A DNA stretch of 15,291 nucleotides from an archaeon (GCA_041677685.1 JBAYPN010000017.1:1-15291); one strand, 5' to 3'; shown: positions 5,393 through 12,582, counted from the stretch's first letter. Translations and numbers: made by a program. The notes: generated from the letters alone by a model not told the origin.

Positions 5393-7531
5393 CTAAATAG
5401 ATAAAAGATTTTTAAGTAGTTCTCTTTCTTTTTTGTAGATAGTTTCTTTTATTTGTAAGTTTTTATAATCTATGATTAAAGAATTTACTTTTAGTTCAAT
5501 TAATTCCTTTATTATTTCTTGAGAGTGATTGTTTACTTTTAAGATTCTTGTGATCTTATTCTCTTTACAGATCTCAAAAGCTCTTTTAAGCTCTAAAGAG
5601 TCTATTTTTTCTAGGTTAAAAATAAGTGAATCAATTCCTCTAGAGATATATTCTTCAATCAAAGTCTCTTTAATTGTTTCAATTGTTACACAAAGATTAT
5701 TATCTGTAACTTCTTTAATTGGGGTTATCTCATCAGAGGACTTTAAATTTTCAAGAACTATATTTATTTTAGGATTATTGATTTCAAGTAATGTTTCTAT
5801 CTCGTAGCTTGAGGTGTTTTTTGAAAGTAGATTGGAATTATGTAAATTAATCTTATAATATATAATTTCTTTATTTAACTTTTCAGAAAATAATTTTAAT
5901 TTACATTTAATCTTGTTTATGAAAATTGAATTGTCTTTTATAATCTCATTAAGCTCTTCTTCTTTAAACAAAGAGTTTACAGTTATTAAAAAACCATCAA
6001 CCTCATTTAAGTTAATATCTTTTAAGTCATCTAGATCTTTTAAATCAATTATAATTTTTGTAATTGTTTCAGGAAATTCTGGTTCCTTTCTTAAAAGTTT
6101 AATTTCTTCTTTTTTATTAAGGTTGTTTTTAGAGTCGTCCCTTATAACTAATTTTACACCTGTTAGCTTGTAGACTATTCCTGCACCCCCATTAAGCTGG
6201 ACACTATCTCCATTCTTTAATAGTTTGGTTGCATAGTCTGTATGAACAACACAAGGGATATCATATTTCTTAGAAATTAAGGCAGCATGGCAAATTGAAC
6301 TACCTGCATCTGTGATAATTCCTTTTGCAATTTTTAGGTAAGGGGTCATTTCTAAGGTTGTCATCTTAGTAACTAGTATGTGATTTTCTGTAATATCTTT
6401 AAGGTCTTCAGGTTTATTTATAACTTTTATAATTCCGTTAACCACTCCCTGGCAGATAGGTATTCCTTCTAAGAGAACTTCTTTTTTATAAGAGTCCATT
6501 TTGTCTTGAAGAGAAGCGTCCTTTTTCTTTTTAATTTTTAATTTTTTTAAATTTGGGTCAAGTGGGTCTGCACTTATTAAATGGATGTCTGCTTTTCCAA
6601 TAACCCAATCAATATAGAGAGGAGTTCCAAAATACAGTTCTAGTTTGTTTCCAATTTCAGTAAGTTCTTTTACATCTCTTAAGTCTAGTTTGTTTTTATC
6701 AAGAGTAGAAGGTTCAAGATTTATTTTTGTTGTTTTTCCTGTCAATCTTCTTATCATCCATTCTTGTTTTGATTTTGTTTTTTTAATAATTGAATAATTT
6801 TTTTTATTAATTTCATAGTGTTCAGGGGTAATCTCTGAAATAAGGCTTTTACCTCCAATACCGTAAATAACTTCTATGACTGTGCTTTTTTTATCTTGCA
6901 TTTCTTTTGTGGTAATTATTATTCCAGACTTACTTGCATTTATCATTTTTTGAATAACTATTGCATATCCAATTTTATTAATTTGTAAATTATTATCTTT
7001 AATATATTCTAGGACTTCTGGAGAATATAAAGATGCCCAGCATCCCTTGACTGACTTGTAGATGTTTTCAATTCCTTTAATATTAATAAATCCACTAAAT
7101 TGTTCTATAAAGTCTAAATCTTTTGGGCTTATCTCTTCGCTTGTTATTGAAAGTCTTATAGAAACAAATTCATCTACTTTGCTATTTAGCCAGCCAACCT
7201 TTTGTTCACCAATTTTTATATATGCTTTTCCAAGTTCTGCCTTAAAGTCATCTGTGAATTGGTTATTTAAAAATATTTTTTTAATCTCAATTGATTTTTT
7301 TTCTAAGTCTTTTTTATTTGTGTAATCTATTGTTTCTAAAAGCAGGTTTATTTTTTCTTTTAGATTATTTGTTTGTAAGAAAGAGAAATAGAATTTGTTA
7401 CCAATAACAAAAGCTCTAGGTATAGGGAAGTTAGCTCTTGAGAGTTCTGCAAGTCTTGCTGCTTTGTAACCTACCTCTTGTATATCATTATCTGTTATTT
7501 CTTTTAACCATTTTATGTTTTTACTGTCCAT
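5393..7531 (-). CDS. PEP synthase / pyruvate phosphate dikinase family protein with a divergent, apparently non-catalytic C-terminal domain
   Basis: The N-terminal PPDK_N/ATP-grasp signature is present (VGYKAARLAEL...FPIPRAFVI). The central swivel phosphohistidine domain reads ILVTKMTTLEMTPYLKIAKGIITDAGSSICHAALISKKYDIPCVV, with His415 at nt 6287-6289. The C-terminal 240 aa or so has an alternating beta/alpha character but lacks the NPMLG, (S/T)NDxTQ and catalytic-Cys motifs. Confidence 0.8.
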   Translation of the reverse strand: MDSKNIKWLKEITDNDIQEVGYKAARLAELSRANFPIPRAFVIGNKFYFSFLQTNNLKEKINLLLETIDYTNKKDLEKKSIEIKKIFLNNQFTDDFKAELGKAYIKIGEQKVGWLNSKVDEFVSIRLSITSEEISPKDLDFIEQFSGFINIKGIENIYKSVKGCWASLYSPEVLEYIKDNNLQINKIGYAIVIQKMINASKSGIIITTKEMQDKKSTVIEVIYGIGGKSLISEITPEHYEINKKNYSIIKKTKSKQEWMIRRLTGKTTKINLEPSTLDKNKLDLRDVKELTEIGNKLELYFGTPLYIDWVIGKADIHLISADPLDPNLKKLKIKKKKDASLQDKMDSYKKEVLLEGIPICQGVVNGIIKVINKPEDLKDITENHILVTKMTTLEMTPYLKIAKGIITDAGSSICHAALISKKYDIPCVVHTDYATKLLKNGDSVQLNGGAGIVYKLTGVKLVIRDDSKNNLNKKEEIKLLRKEPEFPETITKIIIDLKDLDDLKDINLNEVDGFLITVNSLFKEEELNEIIKDNSIFINKIKCKLKLFSEKLNKEIIYYKINLHNSNLLSKNTSSYEIETLLEINNPKINIVLENLKSSDEITPIKEVTDNNLCVTIETIKETLIEEYISRGIDSLIFNLEKIDSLELKRAFEICKENKITRILKVNNHSQEIIKELIELKVNSLIIDYKNLQIKETIYKKERELLKNLLSI

Positions 7532-7777
7532 TTTTAATCTTTTTTTATTTTTTTATATTTGTTTCTATTTTATATTATATAGAAAACTATTTATAGGTTT
7601 TTAGTTAGGTTTCTTTCTCGGCAAACTACCCCCCTCCAAAAGAGATATATAAGTTATTTACCATAATATTATTGTTAACCCAAGTTTAATACCTTACTTG
7701 TGGAAAATGATTTGTGAGACGAGAAACACAAGAAATAAAACGTGAAAAAAGATGAAAGGAAAAAAGGTGAAAAACAT

Positions 7778-8872
7778 ATGGCAAAAAAAAATAATTTTGA
7801 TGAAAAAGAATCAGAAGAAGTTGTTGATGAAACTTACGAGGATGACTTAGAGGATGAGGCTTTTGAGCAAGAGGTTGATGATGACTTTAAGACAGATGCT
7901 CCAAAGACAGAAGAGGAAAAACTTAAAGAAAAAATTAAACCTAAAGATATAGGCAAACTCCCTGGGATAGGGCCTACCTCTGCAGAGAAGCTAAGAGGAG
8001 CTGGTTATGATTCTTATGAGGCTATAGCTGTAGCTTCACCAATGGAACTTGTAGCTGTTGCTGGTTTAGGGGAAGGCACAGCCATTAAGGCTATTAAGGC
8101 TGCAAGAGACTCTCTAGACATGGGTTTTGAGAGTGCAGACAAGATTTTATTAAAAAGAAAGACAATCTCTAGGTTATCAATAGGTGCAGAGTCTTTAGAT
8201 GAACTTTTAGGTGGAGGTATAGAGAGCCAATCAATAACTGAAGTGTATGGTAAGTTTGCTTCTGGTAAAAGTCAGTGGTGTTTTCAACTTTGTGTTATGG
8301 CTCAATTGCCTAAGGACAAAGGTGGTCTAGGCGGTGCAGTTCTATATATTGATACAGAAAATTCATTTAGACCTGAAAGAGTTGCACAGATCTCTAAGCA
8401 TTTAGGGGTTGATCCTGATGAGATTATGAAAAATATTTATGTTGCAAGAGCATACAATAGTAACCATCAGATGTTACTTACAGAAAAGAGCGTTGATTTG
8501 ATTAAGGAGCATAATGTTAAATTATTGATTGTGGATTCTTTAACAAGTCAATTTAGATCTGAGTATACTGGTAGAGGGCAACTTTCAGACAGACAACAAA
8601 AGCTAAATCAACATATGAGGTTGTTACAGAAAGTTGCAGAGTTGTATAATGTTGTTGTCTTTGTAACCAACCAGGTTATGTCAAGACCTGACATTCTCTT
8701 TGGAGACCCTACAGATGCTATTGGGGGTAATGTTGTAAAGCATGCCTCAAAGACAAGAATTTATTTAAGAAAGGGAACTGGTTCAAAGAGGATTGCAAAA
8801 CTAGTAGATTCTCCTTCTCTTCCAGATGGTGAAGCAATATATAATGTTACTGAGAATGGTGTTGTTGATTAA
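7778..8872 (+). CDS. radA: RadA recombinase (archaeal Rad51/RecA homologue)
   Basis: The HhH domain reads LPGIGPTSAEKLRGAGYDSYEAIAVASPMEL. Walker A is GKFASGKSQ and Walker B is KLLIVDSLTS. Further matches are FRSEY.GRG.L..RQQKL, VFVTNQV and the ending RIAKLVDSPSLPDGEA. The protein is nearly collinear with Pyrococcus RadA. I prefer ATG 7778, with GGTGA at 7766-7770 and a 7-nt spacer, over the upstream in-frame GTG at 7742 used by the ORF track. Confidence 0.95.
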   Translation: MAKKNNFDEKESEEVVDETYEDDLEDEAFEQEVDDDFKTDAPKTEEEKLKEKIKPKDIGKLPGIGPTSAEKLRGAGYDSYEAIAVASPMELVAVAGLGEGTAIKAIKAARDSLDMGFESADKILLKRKTISRLSIGAESLDELLGGGIESQSITEVYGKFASGKSQWCFQLCVMAQLPKDKGGLGGAVLYIDTENSFRPERVAQISKHLGVDPDEIMKNIYVARAYNSNHQMLLTEKSVDLIKEHNVKLLIVDSLTSQFRSEYTGRGQLSDRQQKLNQHMRLLQKVAELYNVVVFVTNQVMSRPDILFGDPTDAIGGNVVKHASKTRIYLRKGTGSKRIAKLVDSPSLPDGEAIYNVTENGVVD

Positions 8873-8884
8873 GTTGTATAGCGC

Positions 8885-8920
8885 TTTTTCTCTTTTTCTT
8901 CCTTTTTTATTTTTCTTTTT
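8885..8920 (+). terminator. series of oligo-T runs terminating radA
   Basis: The sequence GCGCTTTTTCTCTTTTTCTTCCTTTTTTATTTTTCTTTTTT starts 10 nt after the radA stop and contains several T5-T6 tracts. Confidence 0.45.
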
Positions 8921-9790
8921 TTATAATTTTCTTCTAAGCTTTAGATCTTTATAATATTCAAATTTTCCAAAGTGTTCACCCATAGGTGTTTTTTTACATT
9001 CCTTTTTATAATCTAAAATTTTTTTTTTTTTTACTTCAAGTGAATCTTTTGACATAATTCCTGGACCACCAATACAGCCACCTTCACAAAAAAGAATATC
9101 TAAAAGTCTAATATTTTTATTTTTCTCCATTTTTTTAATTGCCAAATCAATTCCTTTTATTCCATCAGCAATAACTACTTGTTTCTTTTCTACAATTTCT
9201 TTGTAGTTCATGGTTTTTGCTACAGCTCCTGAAAGTGGATAGATTTTTGTATAATCATTATATAGCTTATTAAAGTCAACAGTCTTTGGGTCTATGTCAA
9301 TTTTTTTAAACAACTTTTTTTCAGCATAATAATCAAAAATTTCTTGTAATTCTTTAAAGGTTATAGCAAAATCGACCTCATGATTTTCAATAGCTTCTTG
9401 TTTTTTAGAAAGGCAAGGTCCAACAAATATCGTCTTATAGCTTGGGTATTCAGCATGTGAATATCTTCCCATGATTATCATTGGAGACGCCACATTAATT
9501 ATCTTAGCTTTATGCTGTGGGTATTTATTTTCTATATACTTAACAACACTTGGGCAATTAGCACAGATAAATTGTTTTTCTGGAAGTCTTTTAAGAATCT
9601 TACTATACCTTATACTTATTAATTTTGCAGCATAAGTGAGTTCTAGGATTTTAGAAAACCCAATTTTTTTAAGATCAATAATTATATCAGGGTATTTAAA
9701 GTCAACAGGAAAGGCAGGTGCTAACAAGCACACAGTCTTTTTAGTATTAATTATTTTTATTATTTTTTTTAAATTGTCTGAAAGTTCCAT
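8921..9790 (-). CDS. [FeFe]-hydrogenase catalytic (H-cluster) domain-only protein, minimal form
   Basis: 289 aa and collinear with the Fe_hyd_lg_C pattern. The matches are LLAPAFPV (APA.R region), LKKIGFSKILELTYAA (lkklGFd.v.d..fgAD), L1-like FICANCPSVVKYIENKYP (canonical ftSCCPgWv.y.Ek.yP), ASPM (SPqq), L2 VGPCLSKKQEA (MPCxxKKxE), VDFAITFKEL (vD.VlT..El) and L3 FCEGGCIGGPG (ACxGGCixGGGqp). The four cluster-ligand Cys positions are present (C79, C126, C235, C239). There is no ferredoxin-like accessory domain. AGGTAAT lies 8 nt upstream of the ATG. Confidence 0.75.
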   Translation of the reverse strand: MELSDNLKKIIKIINTKKTVCLLAPAFPVDFKYPDIIIDLKKIGFSKILELTYAAKLISIRYSKILKRLPEKQFICANCPSVVKYIENKYPQHKAKIINVASPMIIMGRYSHAEYPSYKTIFVGPCLSKKQEAIENHEVDFAITFKELQEIFDYYAEKKLFKKIDIDPKTVDFNKLYNDYTKIYPLSGAVAKTMNYKEIVEKKQVVIADGIKGIDLAIKKMEKNKNIRLLDILFCEGGCIGGPGIMSKDSLEVKKKKILDYKKECKKTPMGEHFGKFEYYKDLKLRRKL

Positions 9791-9835
9791 ACTCTATTAC
9801 CTTTTTTTCTTTTTTTAAATTAATTTTTTTTAACC

Positions 9836-10807
9836 CTAGTCTTTTATAAAATTTTTATATTTACTATTTTTATTTTTTAATAGAACAATTCTTGAAGCAA
9901 CTTGTTCATCAATAATTTTAAACTTAGAGGACTTCTTTTCAATCTCTTTTGCAAAGTTAGAAACTTCTTCATGGTTTGGCATGTTTTCAAATTTCAAATT
10001 TTCTCTAGAATATCCTAAAAACATGTACGATTTAATTTCTAAAAAATCAGAATCTGTTTTTTCAAACAATTTAACATATTCATCTAAATACTCTAAAGAA
10101 TCATTAATTCCTTTAATCATTGTAAATCTTAATACTCTTCTACAATTTAATTTTGGAAACAATTCTAAAGTTTTATTAAAAATTTCCCAACTATTCTTTA
10201 TTTTTGGTCTATTAATTTTAAAATGTAAATCTTTATTAGGTGCTTCAATTGAAAGATAAAGTTGTGTTGGTAAACAATTATTATTGTTTAGTTCTTCTAA
10301 TCTTTTAGGCTCTAAACCATTTGTTACGATAAATATACTTTTTATTTCTTTTTTAGATTTTAAGTAAGAAACCATTTCTCCAATCTTAGGATAGATTGTA
10401 GGTTCTCCAGCAAGAGAGATAGCAACATGAGAAGGTGTTAAGCTTTCTTCTAGTAGTTTAGAATTAACCTTTTGGTTTCCTCCAAAGCCACTTAATAGTT
10501 TTTGTCTTTTTATAAATAGACCTTCAATAATATCTTTAGGGTCATCAATTCTTTCACCCATTTCCCAAGCAGGCATATAGTTTGCTGGTCTCCAGCAGAA
10601 ACTACAATTTTGATGACACCATAAGACTGTAGGTGTTATCTGAGCACACCTATGACAATCAACATTATAAAATTTTTGTTTATAACAAACACCTTCTCCT
10701 CTTAGAGCCTTTTTGTTCCATTCGCAAATCTCTACTGCTGAATGTTCTCCAAAAATCCTATAGTGTTTATGTTCCAAATCTTTAAAGATTTCTTTTTTAT
10801 TTTCCAT
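9836..10807 (-). CDS. taw1: tRNA 4-demethylwyosine synthase Taw1/TYW1 (radical SAM)
   Basis: The protein matches archaeal Taw1 (for example the M. jannaschii enzyme as I remember it) from end to end. The matches are HSAVEICEW, CYKQKFYNVDCHRCAQITPTVLWCHQNCSFCWR (CxxxCxxC), HVAISLAGEPTIYP, PTQLYLSIEAP, LEIKSYMFLGYSR and SRIVLLKNKN. There is no ribosome-binding site. A TATA-like TTTATTTAAT on the minus strand (plus-strand 10831-10840) is centred about 28 nt upstream of the ATG, so the transcript is probably leaderless. Confidence 0.9.
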   Translation of the reverse strand: MENKKEIFKDLEHKHYRIFGEHSAVEICEWNKKALRGEGVCYKQKFYNVDCHRCAQITPTVLWCHQNCSFCWRPANYMPAWEMGERIDDPKDIIEGLFIKRQKLLSGFGGNQKVNSKLLEESLTPSHVAISLAGEPTIYPKIGEMVSYLKSKKEIKSIFIVTNGLEPKRLEELNNNNCLPTQLYLSIEAPNKDLHFKINRPKIKNSWEIFNKTLELFPKLNCRRVLRFTMIKGINDSLEYLDEYVKLFEKTDSDFLEIKSYMFLGYSRENLKFENMPNHEEVSNFAKEIEKKSSKFKIIDEQVASRIVLLKNKNSKYKNFIKD

Positions 10808-10901
10808 AATTAATATCTTGTAACATAATCATTAAATAAAGTATGTTTAAAAACATTTTGTCTAATTCTTATTTAATATATGTTATACTAAAGGTGATAA
10901 T

Positions 10902-12434
10902 TTGGTTAAAAAAAAGAAAATTATTAAAAAGAAGAAGGAAAATTTAAAAGAAACTTCTTCTAAAAAAGATAATTTAGAAAATAAACCTTCTTCTGATCAG
11001 AAGTTAGAAAAAGGAAAAGAAAAAGATATTAAAGTAACACATACTAAAGTTGCAGAAAATAAAAGCTGTAAAGATAAAAAAAGTTGTGTGTTCTCAAAAA
11101 AGAAAGACTTGATTACAATTTTAATACTTGTGATTTTAATTATTGTGATTGTTTTAATATCTGTTTTTACACCAGCAAACAATGACACAAATCCTCCAGT
11201 TGACACAAATGTACCTGTTGATGCAAATCTAGATACTAACACTACAATTCCAACAATTACACAAGAAGAATTTCAAGTAAAATCATTAGAATTGCAATTA
11301 AAGATTTTAAGAGAAGTTAAAGAAAAACAAACTGCTTTTTTAGAAACTAAATATACAGAATTGGATTTAGATGCAGAACAAATGGATCAATGTCTTTTAG
11401 AAAATGATTATGCAGATCCTGACATGAATGTTTTAGCATCAGACATAATTATGAAAATTCAAACAGATTCTTTCTTAGCAACAAATTTAGGTGTTAGTGG
11501 GACTCCTGGAATTTATGTAAATGGTTATTTTATAAATGGAGCTCAAGATTATAACTTTGTTTCTGAGAAAATAGAATTTGCATTAGCAGATCCTGTTATT
11601 GATTGGAACTATGAAAATAAATCATATAAATCTGATATAGATTCAGAACCAACATTAACAATTTTATATAATGATAGACATCAAATAACTAAAGACAACA
11701 CTACAGAGTTAATTGAGTTTATGAAAAGCTCTGAACAACTAACCCCTGAGATTAAAGAATTTTTTAACAAGTTATTTTCAGAAACAGAAGTTGTTTATTT
11801 ATCTTATGAAGATCCTTTTGCAAGAGATTTGATTGAAGCAGTTGGGTTGACTGTGATTCCTGGTTTCTACTTAGATGGAAATATTGAGGGTTTAGATATT
11901 ATGACTGATGAAAATCTATCTTACTTTTTTACAAATTTGTTTGTAGAGACATCAACTAATGGTTATGTGTTGTCTCCAAGTGTTGTTTCTGATTTGATTT
12001 CTGCAGCAAACATAACTACTCTAAATCAATTATTAAACTATGATATCATGGTTGACGAGTTAGACTATGTTATGGGGGATCCTGAAGCAAAAGTAAATAT
12101 CTATGTGTTTACAGATTATGATTGCCCATACTGTACGAAATTTGAGCAAGAAACACAATCTTTGGTTATAGAGAACTATGTGGATGCCAATAAAGCAAAC
12201 CTAGTAATTAAAGATTTTGTTGTTCATGAGATGTCAGCATTATTCCCTGCAATATTTTCTAGATGTGCAGAGAAACAAGGAAAATACTTAGAGACACATG
12301 AATTGTTGTTTAGTCTTAGAGAACAATTAGGTCAAAAAGCAATGGTAGATCCAGTAATGGAAAAATATAATGATGAAATTGAAGAACTAAACAAGCTTTA
12401 TCAGCAATTACTTGGGCAAGGCCAAGCTCAGTAA
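10902..12434 (+). CDS. membrane-anchored DsbA/thioredoxin_4-like thiol:disulfide oxidoreductase, multi-domain with an atypical domain order
   Basis: The start is TTG at 10902, preceded by AAGGTGAT with a 4-nt spacer. The next in-frame Met lies far downstream of the TM helix, so a non-ATG start is required. The layout is a Lys-rich N-terminal tail (aa 1-69), one TM helix (aa 70-89, LITILILVILIIVIVLISVF), a DTN/PV repeat linker, GVSGTPGIYVNG (the DsbA cis-Pro loop, aa 198-207), a Cys-less Trx-like middle part (GLTVIPGFYLDG), and the active site FTDYDCPYCTKFE (C408-C411, nt 12123-12134). Confidence 0.75.
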   Translation: MVKKKKIIKKKKENLKETSSKKDNLENKPSSDQKLEKGKEKDIKVTHTKVAENKSCKDKKSCVFSKKKDLITILILVILIIVIVLISVFTPANNDTNPPVDTNVPVDANLDTNTTIPTITQEEFQVKSLELQLKILREVKEKQTAFLETKYTELDLDAEQMDQCLLENDYADPDMNVLASDIIMKIQTDSFLATNLGVSGTPGIYVNGYFINGAQDYNFVSEKIEFALADPVIDWNYENKSYKSDIDSEPTLTILYNDRHQITKDNTTELIEFMKSSEQLTPEIKEFFNKLFSETEVVYLSYEDPFARDLIEAVGLTVIPGFYLDGNIEGLDIMTDENLSYFFTNLFVETSTNGYVLSPSVVSDLISAANITTLNQLLNYDIMVDELDYVMGDPEAKVNIYVFTDYDCPYCTKFEQETQSLVIENYVDANKANLVIKDFVVHEMSALFPAIFSRCAEKQGKYLETHELLFSLREQLGQKAMVDPVMEKYNDEIEELNKLYQQLLGQGQAQ

Positions 12435-12463
12435 TTTTTTCTTCTTTCTTTTTTTATTTTTTT
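12435..12463 (+). terminator. oligo-T tracts after the DsbA-like gene
   Basis: TTTTTTCTTCTTTCTTTTTTTATTTTTTT follows the TAA stop immediately. Confidence 0.45.
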
Positions 12464-12474
12464 AAATCTATCTA

Positions 12475-12482
12475 TTTATAAA
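12475..12482 (+). promoter_or_regulatory. TATA-like box (TTTATAAA) for tRNA-Arg
   Basis: It is centred about 30 nt upstream of the mature tRNA 5' end at 12509 and matches the archaeal TTTAWATA-type consensus. AT-rich background lowers specificity. Confidence 0.35.
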
Positions 12483-12508
12483 TATTTTCTTAGTCTATAT
12501 CTATAAGT

Positions 12509-12581
12509 GGGTCCGTGGCCTAGTGGATAGGGCAACAGCCTTCTAAGCTGTGGGTCGAGGGTTCGAATCCCTCCGGACTCG
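12509..12581 (+). tRNA. tRNA-Arg (anticodon UCU)
   Basis: 73-nt cloverleaf folded by hand. The acceptor stem is GGGTCCG/CGGACTC with one G-U pair. The D arm is GCCT-AGTGGATA-GGGC. The anticodon stem is ACAGC/GCTGT with loop CTTCTAA (TCT at 12542-12544). The variable region is GGGTC. The T arm is GAGGG-TTCGAAT-CCCTC. The discriminator is G. CCA is not encoded. Confidence 0.95.
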
Positions 12582-12582
12582 C

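Noticed and set aside
7532-7741. The 210-nt divergent intergenic region between the PEPS-like gene and radA. It contains a slightly GC-richer island (ACCCCCCTCC at about 7628-7637) and a 7-nt inverted repeat (TTTCTCG at about 7614-7620 and CGAGAAA at about 7720-7726). I considered it as a possible small RNA or riboswitch.
   Set aside because: I could fold no extended helix beyond the 7-bp pairing. There are no C/D-box (UGAUGA/CUGA) or H/ACA signatures on either strand. The region must also hold two promoters, so the evidence is too weak to call a feature.
7742-7777. A GTG start at 7742 for radA, giving MKKDERKKGEKH before the first ATG.
   Set aside because: The GGTGA ribosome-binding site at 7766-7770 lies inside this extension, at ideal spacing from ATG 7778. 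The extension codes only for low-complexity Lys/Glu residues.
7778-7960. The acidic 55-aa N-terminal tail of RadA before the HhH domain, considered as a novel DNA-mimic or regulatory extension.
   Set aside because: Pyrococcus RadA, as I remember it, also carries a charged 35-aa leader or so before the HhH domain. The tail is therefore longer than usual but not a qualitatively new feature.
9836-10807. The radical SAM gene next to the hydrogenase-like gene, considered as a cryptic HydE/HydG-type H-cluster maturase.
   Set aside because: It aligns motif for motif over its whole length with archaeal Taw1, including the N-terminal auxiliary-cluster Cys region and the C-terminal SRIVLL segment. It has none of the HydG/HydE C-terminal features I know.
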